Shown: positions 9,180-17,242 of the stretch, in pieces
Layout of the letters: each line of letters opens with the position of its first letter
Position numbering within the stretch: position 1 is the first letter of the stretch
Source: a virus
DNA: 64,000 nt
Strand: one strand, 5' to 3'
IMG/VR virus record: IMGVR_UViG_3300022699_000224
Location: 1-64,000 of that record
Notes under the pieces: model-generated
The model's database searches: none
Seen by the model: the letters and a program-made list of their open reading frames with translations, nothing else
Told to the model about the DNA's origin: nothing
Position numbers and translations under genes: made by a program

Positions 9180-9464
9180 ATGAATAAGTCTTTAAAAGAA
9201 ATAATTAAAAGTATTATAAAACAAAATAGAATTGGAAAAGAATTTATATTAAATCATGATAAAAATTTACCCACTACTTTTATGATAAATAATTTAACTG
9301 ATGAGATTTTGTTTAGTATCATAAAATATATTAAACAGTTTAAACAAGATTATAAGAAAGTTCCTACAGATAGATTTTTATTACTGTGTCAAGAACGTAA
9401 TGAGTTAATTAATGAAATTATAAATGATTTAAGACCTAAAAGAAAAGGAACAAATGAAAAATAA
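9180..9464 (+). CDS. Hypothetical protein
   Basis: ORF with AGGAG RBS. Confidence 0.55.
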   Translation: MNKSLKEIIKSIIKQNRIGKEFILNHDKNLPTTFMINNLTDEILFSIIKYIKQFKQDYKKVPTDRFLLLCQERNELINEIINDLRPKRKGTNEK

Positions 9465-9603
9465 AGAAAATATAATTGTTAAAAGAGTTAAGAAAGGTAA
9501 TTGTCCTATTTGTAATAAATTAATTAAAGATAATGATGATACTATTTTAAAAGATTATAACGGTATTAACTGTATTTGTCATCAATTTCATATTAAGGAG
9601 TAA
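9454..9603 (+). CDS. Small zinc-finger protein
   Basis: MKIKEN...CPICNK...CICHQFH; below ORF-track cutoff. Confidence 0.5.
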   Translation: MKNKENIIVKRVKKGNCPICNKLIKDNDDTILKDYNGINCICHQFHIKE

Positions 9604-9760
9604 ATATAATGAATTTTACTGAATGTAATTCATGTAAATTTAGTCTACCAAAACATAGATTAAGTCCAATTGTAGTTAGATTAAAAAATGGACAAAGAAA
9701 AAGATTATTATTATGTTCTAATTGTAAAGCTAAATTAAATAGACAATTTAAAGGACAATA

Positions 9761-9979
9761 ATGAAAGATGAAAATATTAAATTATTTAATAAGACTATTC
9801 ACGAAATAAAAATTATTATGAAAGATTTAATAGATGAAAGAAAAATATATCATACAAAAATTAAGGAATTAACAACTACCCACGATGCTAAAATTGATAA
9901 AATATTTAAAGAAGCTAAAGATACATTAAATGAAATGTATGAATTATATGATGATTTGACAGATAAAACAAAAGATTAA
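9761..9979 (+). CDS. Hypothetical coiled-coil protein
   Basis: ORF, AAGGA RBS. Confidence 0.55.
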   Translation: MKDENIKLFNKTIHEIKIIMKDLIDERKIYHTKIKELTTTHDAKIDKIFKEAKDTLNEMYELYDDLTDKTKD

Positions 9980-9991
9980 AGGAGAGTAATT

Positions 9992-10264
9992 ATGCCATAT
10001 ATCGAAAATAAAGTTACTAGATTAAATGGAAAACCTCGTCGAGAAGAAATGGATAAAATTGTAGATTTAATGTTAAAACAAGGAGTAAAAGTAAATGGAG
10101 ATTTAAATTATATTCTCTATAAATTTGCTAAAAGTATTATACCAAGTTATAATAATTATAAAAATATTATCGGAGAATTGAATTGTTGTGCAAAGGAGAT
10201 TTATAGAAGATTAGTTGTTCCTTATGAAGATTCTAAAATTAAAGAGAATGGAGATGTGAAATAA
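9992..10264 (+). CDS. Conserved phage protein (MPYI...GDLNY...EIYRR...PYED.KI.ENGDV type)
   Basis: Recognisable widespread phage motif set; function unknown. Confidence 0.7.
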   Translation: MPYIENKVTRLNGKPRREEMDKIVDLMLKQGVKVNGDLNYILYKFAKSIIPSYNNYKNIIGELNCCAKEIYRRLVVPYEDSKIKENGDVK

Positions 10265-10266
10265 TT

Positions 10267-10899
10267 ATGATAAAAAAAGATAAATATAAATATACTACTT
10301 ATTTAGCAGGTGCAATAGAAGCAGTATCAAAAAAAGTTATGAAAAGTTGGAGAGATGAAATTTCTCAAAAATTAGATAGTAATGATTTATTGATTTATGA
10401 CCCTGTTAAACAGGAAAATTATAAAGTAGGTAAAACTTCTCATGACCAAGTAGATTATATTAAAGGTTTGAAGAAGTCAGGTAATTATGATTTATTTTTT
10501 AAAAATATGTGGAGAATTTGGTTTGGTGCTATTTCTCCCAATACAGATTTAACACAATTACTTACTAATTTACGAATGAGAAAACATATAGATGGTAATA
10601 GATTAGAAGATATAAAACATTGGGGAGATGCAGAGGCAGTTGTGCGTAGTGATTTTATTGTTGTTTATATGCCTAAAAAAGTTAAGACAGTTGGAACTAT
10701 TTATGAATTAACTTTAGCTTTTTTATATAGAATACCAGTTTATTTAATTTTGCCTGATGCACCTAAAACCGAAACTAATTCTTCTCTTTTATTTGGAGTG
10801 CAAATATCTGGTGGAGAAATATTTTATACTGTTAATGATTGTATAGATTTTGTAAAAGATAGATATAATTTAAAGATTAAAGAAAAAAAAGGAGAATAA
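10267..10899 (+). CDS. Nucleoside 2-deoxyribosyltransferase-like protein
   Basis: YLAGAI, WR, DP, D..VVY, GT.YEL..A....PV. Confidence 0.7.
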   Translation: MIKKDKYKYTTYLAGAIEAVSKKVMKSWRDEISQKLDSNDLLIYDPVKQENYKVGKTSHDQVDYIKGLKKSGNYDLFFKNMWRIWFGAISPNTDLTQLLTNLRMRKHIDGNRLEDIKHWGDAEAVVRSDFIVVYMPKKVKTVGTIYELTLAFLYRIPVYLILPDAPKTETNSSLLFGVQISGGEIFYTVNDCIDFVKDRYNLKIKEKKGE

Positions 10900-11216
10900 T
10901 GCAAGTATTACATTGTGATTTTTGTGGTCAAGTAATATCAGATAGGGAAAGTATATTTTATTTTGGTGTATTAGAAATAACAAATAAAGATAAACATCAA
11001 CCAACAACTAAAACCTTAGATTTAATGGACTATTTACATCAACAGAGTAAACAACAAAAATATCTTTCAGATAAATTATTACGTTATGAAATATGTGAAA
11101 ATTGTAAAAAGGTATTTGACTATTTATTAAATACTAGAAAGAAAGAATTATTAAAAATGCATAAAGAATTAAATAAGATTAATAAAAAGACTTATCATAA
11201 TAGGAAAGGAGAATAA
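10899..11216 (+). CDS. Zinc-finger protein
   Basis: CDFC...ICENC. Confidence 0.6.
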   Translation: MQVLHCDFCGQVISDRESIFYFGVLEITNKDKHQPTTKTLDLMDYLHQQSKQQKYLSDKLLRYEICENCKKVFDYLLNTRKKELLKMHKELNKINKKTYHNRKGE

Positions 11217-11217
11217 T

Positions 11218-11586
11218 ATGACCAAGAAAGATAAAATAAGAAAATTTAAAACAGGCGCAACTAGAGATACGAATGAAAATAAATACGATTATGAAGGTTT
11301 TTTAAGTCCTATTGTTTTAAAAAGATTTGCAAAATATATGAATAAACATAGAATACAATCAGATGGTAGTTTAAGAGATTCGGATAATTGGCAAAAAGGA
11401 ATTCCTAAAGATGCATATATTAAATCTACATTTAGACATTTTTTAGATTTGTGGTTAGAACATAGAGGTTTTAAAAGTAGAGAAAATATTGAAGAGGCAT
11501 TATGTGCAATAATATTTAATATACAGGGTTATTTACATGAAGAAATAAAAGAAAAGGAAAAAAGAAATGGAAGAAAAAAGAATTAA
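11218..11586 (+). CDS. dATP/dGTP diphosphohydrolase N-terminal-like (DUF5664-type) protein
   Basis: F.TGA.RD, NWQKGIP, S..RH, A..FN. Confidence 0.7.
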   Translation: MTKKDKIRKFKTGATRDTNENKYDYEGFLSPIVLKRFAKYMNKHRIQSDGSLRDSDNWQKGIPKDAYIKSTFRHFLDLWLEHRGFKSRENIEEALCAIIFNIQGYLHEEIKEKEKRNGRKKN

Positions 11587-11713
11587 TACATGGTGCGGTT
11601 ATTGCAAAGACCCTATTTATGATGATGATGATTATGTTATATATAATGATAAGAGTTATCATGTGGAATGTTTTAAACAAATGACAACTTATCCTAGTTT
11701 TGATGATGAATAA
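11567..11713 (+). CDS. Small zinc-finger protein
   Basis: MEEKRINTWCGYCKDPIY...YHVECF; below ORF-track cutoff. Confidence 0.6.
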   Translation: MEEKRINTWCGYCKDPIYDDDDYVIYNDKSYHVECFKQMTTYPSFDDE

Positions 11714-12545
11714 TAAAGTTATAATATTAGATTATGGAATGTTTTTACATAGGGCTATATTCTCTTGGAGAAATAGAAAAAATATACCAATGGAATATAC
11801 TTTATTAAGTATGATAGTATCTTCTTTATCTAAAATAGGGTTAGAACCTTATGATATAGTTATTGTTGCTGTAGATGGTAGACATAGTTGGAGAAAAGAT
11901 ATAGAGGAAGAATATAAAGCTAATAGAAAAGCATATAGAGATAGTTTTGATGATATTAATTGGCAAGATATGTATAAGAAATCTGATATTTTATTGGATA
12001 AAATTAATAAGGGAACTGATTGGCATATTATTAAAGAAAATGGATTAGAAGCAGATGATATAATGGCAGTTGGTTGTAGATATTTTAATAATAAAGAAAT
12101 AATATTATGCACTTTTGATTCTGATTTGGAACAATGCTTTATTTATGATAATGTAAAAATATTTTCTCCATTGAAAAAAGCTAAAGGAAGTAAAGGAGCG
12201 TATAAAGTAAAACCAAAAAATTTTAATGTATATAAATTAATTTCTAAAAAAATAGAAAAAGAAGTTTCTGATAATTTAGTTAATCCTATTTTAAATGAAG
12301 AAGATTATGAAAAAAGAAAACAATGTGTATCTTTAATAGAGTTACCAGAAATTATAGAGAATAAAATAATAAATATATTTGATAATTTAAAAGAAAAAGA
12401 GAAAATAGATATTAACTATATTCCATTTATTACAATAAGAAAACGTATTAATAAGTTATATAATGATAAGAATAAAAAAATAGATTATGATTATTGTGTT
12501 AAATTGGAAACTAAAAGAAGAAAGAGAAAAAGGAGGAAAAAATGA
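11706..12545 (+). CDS. 5'-3' exonuclease / T4 RNase H-like flap nuclease
   Basis: ILD, VD...SWRK...YKANR, EADD, DSDL.Q. Confidence 0.88.
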   Translation: MNNKVIILDYGMFLHRAIFSWRNRKNIPMEYTLLSMIVSSLSKIGLEPYDIVIVAVDGRHSWRKDIEEEYKANRKAYRDSFDDINWQDMYKKSDILLDKINKGTDWHIIKENGLEADDIMAVGCRYFNNKEIILCTFDSDLEQCFIYDNVKIFSPLKKAKGSKGAYKVKPKNFNVYKLISKKIEKEVSDNLVNPILNEEDYEKRKQCVSLIELPEIIENKIINIFDNLKEKEKIDINYIPFITIRKRINKLYNDKNKKIDYDYCVKLETKRRKRKRRKK

Positions 12546-12781
12546 ATAAAGTTTTAGGTTGGTTTATATTATTATCTAGTATAGTAATAGGTTTATATTT
12601 AGGCGTTTATGTAATGTTTATTGGTGGTATAATTCAAATAGTTGAAAGTATTACACCTGAAATATATATTTCAGGTATATTATTAGGGTTATTACGTGTA
12701 ATATGTAGTTCTTTTGTTGGATGGTTATCATTTTATATTCTGTTTTCAATAGGTATGACATTACAATTTAATAGGAAATAA
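12542..12781 (+). CDS. Small membrane protein
   Basis: Two hydrophobic helices. Confidence 0.6.
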   Translation: MNKVLGWFILLSSIVIGLYLGVYVMFIGGIIQIVESITPEIYISGILLGLLRVICSSFVGWLSFYILFSIGMTLQFNRK

Positions 12782-12826
12782 TATGAATAGAAGAAACATA
12801 AATTAGAAATATTAAGGAGGAATAAG

Positions 12827-13306
12827 ATGAAATTTTTAGTAGCATTTAAAAGAGGCGATAAAAACTTATTAAAAATAGATTTTGGTGGAGATGAAGGAGA
12901 AAAATGGTGCGAAACTTCTGCTAAAGTAGTTAATTATGCTAAGGCTCAAATTAAAGAAGGTGATGAAGTAGATTTAGATTATGTTTTAGATGATGGCAAA
13001 TATAAAGTTAATAAGATTATGAAAAAAGGTAGTAAAACTTCTACATCTACAAGCAGTCAAAATGTTTGTTCTGATTGTGGTAAAGAATTAAAGAGTGATA
13101 AATATGATAAATGTTATAATTGTAATAAAAAGAATAAAAATTCTAATACAACAAAATCTTCTAATTTCGATGCAGATTTAAGTAGAAAACAAACGATAGC
13201 CCATGCAGTTTCAAGAAGTTTAATAGCTTTACAGGGTCATATAGAACCTAATAATATTGGAGAAATTATAGATACACTTTATCAAAAATACAACGAATTG
13301 ATTTAA
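12827..13306 (+). CDS. Hypothetical protein with central zinc ribbon (possible ssDNA-binding)
   Basis: CSDC...CYNC; strong RBS; function inferred only from context. Confidence 0.55.
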   Translation: MKFLVAFKRGDKNLLKIDFGGDEGEKWCETSAKVVNYAKAQIKEGDEVDLDYVLDDGKYKVNKIMKKGSKTSTSTSSQNVCSDCGKELKSDKYDKCYNCNKKNKNSNTTKSSNFDADLSRKQTIAHAVSRSLIALQGHIEPNNIGEIIDTLYQKYNELI

Positions 13307-13315
13307 AGGAGAAAA

Positions 13316-13897
13316 ATGAGCAGGAAAAAGAAAATGAAAGAGATTAAAATTGACCAAATTCTTCTAAATGCTAGACAAATATTTTTGTTTAAAGAAATAA
13401 ATGAAAAATCTTCATTAGATATAGTTAATAAATTAGTAAGTTTAGATAATATAAAAACTGATGAAATTTGTTTATATATAAATTCACCAGGTGGTGATAT
13501 AGATTATGGTTTTGCTATTATAGATGCAATAAAAGCTATAAAATCTCATGTAATTACTATTATATCAGGTCATGCATGTTCTATGGCAGGGGTGGTTTCT
13601 ATTGCAGGGGATAAAAGATTAATAACAGAAAATAGCGTATGGATGTCTCATGATATGTCGGGAGGTATTCATGGAGATTATACTACTAAAATTTTAGATA
13701 GAAGTGATTATTTAAAAAGAGAACAGAGACGTTTATTTGATTTTTTGAAAATTCATACTAAATTATCTAATAAAGAATTACAAATTGCTCAACATGGAGA
13801 GTTATGGTTATATCCTGAAGAATGTAAAGAAAAAGGAATTGTAGATAAAATTATTAAAGTTAATAAAGTTAGTGCAAAAAGGAGAAGAAAAAAATGA
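13316..13897 (+). CDS. clpP: ClpP-family protease
   Basis: LYINSPGG, G.ACSMAG, MSH, WL..EEC...GIVD. Confidence 0.9.
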   Translation: MSRKKKMKEIKIDQILLNARQIFLFKEINEKSSLDIVNKLVSLDNIKTDEICLYINSPGGDIDYGFAIIDAIKAIKSHVITIISGHACSMAGVVSIAGDKRLITENSVWMSHDMSGGIHGDYTTKILDRSDYLKREQRRLFDFLKIHTKLSNKELQIAQHGELWLYPEECKEKGIVDKIIKVNKVSAKRRRKK

Positions 13898-14547
13898 TTA
13901 AAAATGTATTTATATGGCTGTTAACTATTATATTTATGATGTTTATTACATGTATTTCTTTAGCGCATGCTAGAGGTTCTAATATTAAAGATTATTTAAC
14001 AGGTGATGTTAAAGTTTACGATAATATAGAATCTCATGCAGTTGCTATTTTTTCTTTAGGAGGTCTAGGTATTTCTAAATGTTCAGGTATAGTTGTTAAG
14101 GAAGATAAAACTAATACATATATATTAACAGCTAAACATTGTGTAGCGCCTACAGAGGAAGTTTATGTGGAAAATAAATTAGTAGATTTAATTATTTCGC
14201 CTATAAATGATGATATAAGTATGATGATAATTAAAGGAAAGATTAAAGATAAAACTCCTGTCAAATTTGCTTCTAAAAATTCTGAAATAGGCGAAGTTGT
14301 TTATCATGTAAGTTATCCTAAATTTACAGGCAGATATGCAATTAAAGGAGAAATTTTAAAATATACAGAAGATTGGGTTTTTGTAGCATTTAAAACTATA
14401 GGTGGTTGTTCTGGTGGTGGTGTTTATAATAAAAATGCAGAATTAGTAGGGATATTATGGGGAGGATTTACCTTTGAACCTGTAAGTATATTTGAATCAT
14501 TAGAAGATATAAAAAGTTTTTTAAATAAAATAGATATTATAGATTAG
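13894..14547 (+). CDS. Secreted trypsin-like serine protease
   Basis: Signal peptide; CSG, LTAKHC, DI, GGCSGGGVYN. Confidence 0.88.
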   Translation: MIKNVFIWLLTIIFMMFITCISLAHARGSNIKDYLTGDVKVYDNIESHAVAIFSLGGLGISKCSGIVVKEDKTNTYILTAKHCVAPTEEVYVENKLVDLIISPINDDISMMIIKGKIKDKTPVKFASKNSEIGEVVYHVSYPKFTGRYAIKGEILKYTEDWVFVAFKTIGGCSGGGVYNKNAELVGILWGGFTFEPVSIFESLEDIKSFLNKIDIID

Positions 14548-14720
14548 GAGGAAATATGGGTTATAAATCAAGAAGTAATTATCATATGGGTTTATGTATG
14601 AAATTTGATTGTAAAAATAGAAATAAAAAATGTAAAGAGTGTATAAATTTTAGTTTATATGAAACTAATAATAATAAAAAAATAAAAAGAAATCATAAGT
14701 ATGATATATAAAGGGAATAT

Positions 14721-14825
14721 ATGAGTAATTTAAGAAAAAAACGTAGAAAACGAGTAAGAAGACATTGGTATAAGAAAAGAAGAAGAAAGAATAGACATAA
14801 GAAAAAGAGATATAAGAATAAATAA
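14721..14825 (+). CDS. bS22/AURKAIP1-COX24-like small basic (ribosomal-type) protein
   Basis: MSNLRKKRRKRVRRHWYKKRRRKNRHKKKRYKNK (34 aa), AAGGGA upstream. Confidence 0.65.
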   Translation: MSNLRKKRRKRVRRHWYKKRRRKNRHKKKRYKNK

Positions 14826-14833
14826 ATTAAATA

Positions 14834-15286
14834 ATGGATATAATTACATTTTTAGAAAATTATATTTTAAGATTTAAAAAAGAATTTAAAATAAAAAAAT
14901 CTATTAAAATAATTATAGAAGAAAATTTAGGTAATAGATTAATGGGCGTTAATTTATATAAATATACAGATAATGATGAATTATTTTATCTTATAAAATG
15001 TAATATAAATTTATTACAAAAAATGTCTAATTATCAAGTTATTCATACGTTATTACATGAATTTGGTCATATTAAATCAAAACATGTAGATTTGACTGAT
15101 AAAGTTATGTTACCTGATTATGTTAAAGAATATCAAGCAGAGAGGTTTGCTTTAAAATATATAAAGAAAAATTTTTCTTCTTATTATATTGACGCAATAA
15201 AAGAATTAAATACATATAAAGATAATTCTCATTATAATAAAGCATATACTAAATTATATGAAGAATTAAAAGGGAAAAATGAATAA
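14834..15286 (+). CDS. HExxH metallopeptidase-like (ImmA/IrrE-like)
   Basis: LLHEFGH ... EYQAERFA. Confidence 0.7.
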   Translation: MDIITFLENYILRFKKEFKIKKSIKIIIEENLGNRLMGVNLYKYTDNDELFYLIKCNINLLQKMSNYQVIHTLLHEFGHIKSKHVDLTDKVMLPDYVKEYQAERFALKYIKKNFSSYYIDAIKELNTYKDNSHYNKAYTKLYEELKGKNE

Positions 15287-15788
15287 GAATTCTATTGATA
15301 AACAATTAAAAAAGATAAAAAAATGGAGAAAAAATCATCCAGTATTATTTAAGTTGAAATTTATATATTATAAAATTAGTGATTTTATTTTAGGTATACC
15401 TTTAAATATTGAATCTTTTATTCAGAGAGGTAAAAGAGGGTTTTCTGATAGAGATACTTGGTGTTTATATAGTTATTTATCAGACGTTATATATAATAGT
15501 ATTAAGCATTTAAAGAAAAATATAAATGGTCATCCTTCTGATTTAACGGAAGGGCGATGGGTAGATATTTTAAATAATATTATATATACTTTTTTTATTG
15601 CTAAAAAGTTAGGTAGTAGCGTTTTTATAATTAAAGATAAGAAAGAGAGAAAAAAATGGGAGAAAGTATTTAAAGATTGTAATAAAAAATATAATGCTAA
15701 TGATAGATGCTTAACAGATAAAGAAATAAGAAAGTATATGAAAGGTTGGAAATTATTTATTAAATATTTTGAACATTTATGGGATTAA
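15279..15788 (+). CDS. Conserved phage hypothetical protein
   Basis: RG.SD.DTW.L, GHP, W..IL, LF.KYF..LWD. Confidence 0.65.
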   Translation: MNKNSIDKQLKKIKKWRKNHPVLFKLKFIYYKISDFILGIPLNIESFIQRGKRGFSDRDTWCLYSYLSDVIYNSIKHLKKNINGHPSDLTEGRWVDILNNIIYTFFIAKKLGSSVFIIKDKKERKKWEKVFKDCNKKYNANDRCLTDKEIRKYMKGWKLFIKYFEHLWD

Positions 15789-15853
15789 TTTAATTTTTTT
15801 TATAAGTTATTGATATAAAAGGAGTTATAAATTATATAAATGTTATTGAAACC

Positions 15854-15882
15854 TTGTGGTCAGATTATTAATATGTTATACT
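15854..15882 (+). promoter_or_regulatory. Sigma70-type promoter with extended -10
   Basis: TTGTGG-17 bp-TATACT with TGn; AAACCTTGT shared with 6100 site. Confidence 0.65.
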
Positions 15883-15987
15883 TATAGTAGAGAGAGGAAA
15901 GTATGGTTTTAATCAATAAAACTTATCAGGAATTAGTAAGAAAATCATTTAAATTTTTATCATTAATAATTAAACCTTTTAATAGTT

Positions 15988-16440
15988 ATGCAATTAATTA
16001 ATTTAGATTTGATTTTAAAACTCGGTTTAGCTTTATTATTTAGTTTCTTAATTGGTTATGAGAGAGAAAATCAAGATAAACCAGCAGGTTTAAGAGATAT
16101 TATGCTTGTAACATTAGGTTCTACACTTTTAACTTTAATTGCATATAAAATAGCTAGTCTAAATCCTAACAATGATTTAGGCAGAATAATATCCTATACT
16201 GTAGCAAGTATAGGATTTTTAGGTAGTGGGGTAATTATAAGAGATAAACATACAGTAGAGGGTATTACAACTGCTACATTATTATGGGTTATGGTATCTA
16301 TAGGTATTCTTTGTGGTTCAGGTGAATTATTTTTAGCAGGGGTTTCGTCTATAATTATTTATCTTATTCTTAAATTAAAATATTTTAGAGTTAAAATACA
16401 AATCATAAAAAACAAATGCCTAAACAAAACAGAAAAATAG
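15988..16440 (+). CDS. MgtC/SapB-family membrane protein
   Basis: IGYERE...PAGLR, IGFLGSG.I, V.GITTA..LW...IG...G.G. Confidence 0.9.
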   Translation: MQLINLDLILKLGLALLFSFLIGYERENQDKPAGLRDIMLVTLGSTLLTLIAYKIASLNPNNDLGRIISYTVASIGFLGSGVIIRDKHTVEGITTATLLWVMVSIGILCGSGELFLAGVSSIIIYLILKLKYFRVKIQIIKNKCLNKTEK

Positions 16441-16631
16441 AATTCATACCTAATCATGTTCCTATGAAATGTTGGGGATGTAGTGGAACAGGGATTATAA
16501 AAAAGAAAGGTAAGATATTGGAATGTTCTACTTGTGAGGGAACTGGTATATATATTGAAAAACATTATTATGCAATTCTTACACTAGAAAATGGTAAAAA
16601 AATATCTTTTGATGTTGATAGTATAAAATAA
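16416..16631 (+). CDS. Small protein with two DnaJ-type CxxCxGxG motifs
   Basis: CWGCSGTG, CSTCEGTG. Confidence 0.65.
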   Translation: MPKQNRKIEFIPNHVPMKCWGCSGTGIIKKKGKILECSTCEGTGIYIEKHYYAILTLENGKKISFDVDSIK

Positions 16632-16641
16632 AGAGGATAAA

Positions 16642-17235
16642 ATGATTCTAAAGAAATATGAAATACATAAAATTGTAAATATTATAAAAAATGAAGAATT
16701 AAAATATTTTGTAGAATATTTTTTAGAACATGATGTTCCAAAACAATTCTTTACTGCAAGTTCAAGTTCTACAGGAAGATACCATCCTCCAGAAGATAAT
16801 GGTAAAGGTGGAAGTTTAAGACATACTCTTAAAGCAATACAAGTAGGAATTGATTTATCATATCTTTATAATCTTAGTAATTATAATAAAGATATAATCA
16901 TTTCTGCACTCTTATTACATGATACTTTTAAAAATTGGAAAAATGGAATATGGGATAAATATACTAATTACGAACATGGCAAAATAGGCGCAGATAAAAT
17001 TAGACATAGAACTAAAGATATGTATTATTTTGTTTTGGGTAATCTTTTTTCTGTTAAAACTTATCGTCAACTTTTGAAAATAGCACATTTAGTTGAAATC
17101 CATATGGGAAGATGGGCTAAACCTAAAGCGTATTTAAATAGATTTAGGAAAAGACTAGAACAAATTGTAATAGAGGCAGATTATATTGCAAGTAGAAAAG
17201 GAATTTCATTTACAGTTGATAAAATAGTAGGATAA
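16642..17235 (+). CDS. HD-domain phosphohydrolase
   Basis: ASSSTGRYHP, GG..RHT, LLHD, H, HMG.W, AD. Confidence 0.85.
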   Translation: MILKKYEIHKIVNIIKNEELKYFVEYFLEHDVPKQFFTASSSSTGRYHPPEDNGKGGSLRHTLKAIQVGIDLSYLYNLSNYNKDIIISALLLHDTFKNWKNGIWDKYTNYEHGKIGADKIRHRTKDMYYFVLGNLFSVKTYRQLLKIAHLVEIHMGRWAKPKAYLNRFRKRLEQIVIEADYIASRKGISFTVDKIVG

Positions 17236-17242
17236 ATAAAAA

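Noticed and set aside
9992-17235. 2-aminoadenine (Z) or 7-deazaguanine genome pathway
   Set aside because: No PurZ, QueC/D/E, FolE or DpdA recognisable in this window; the hydrolases alone are insufficient evidence.
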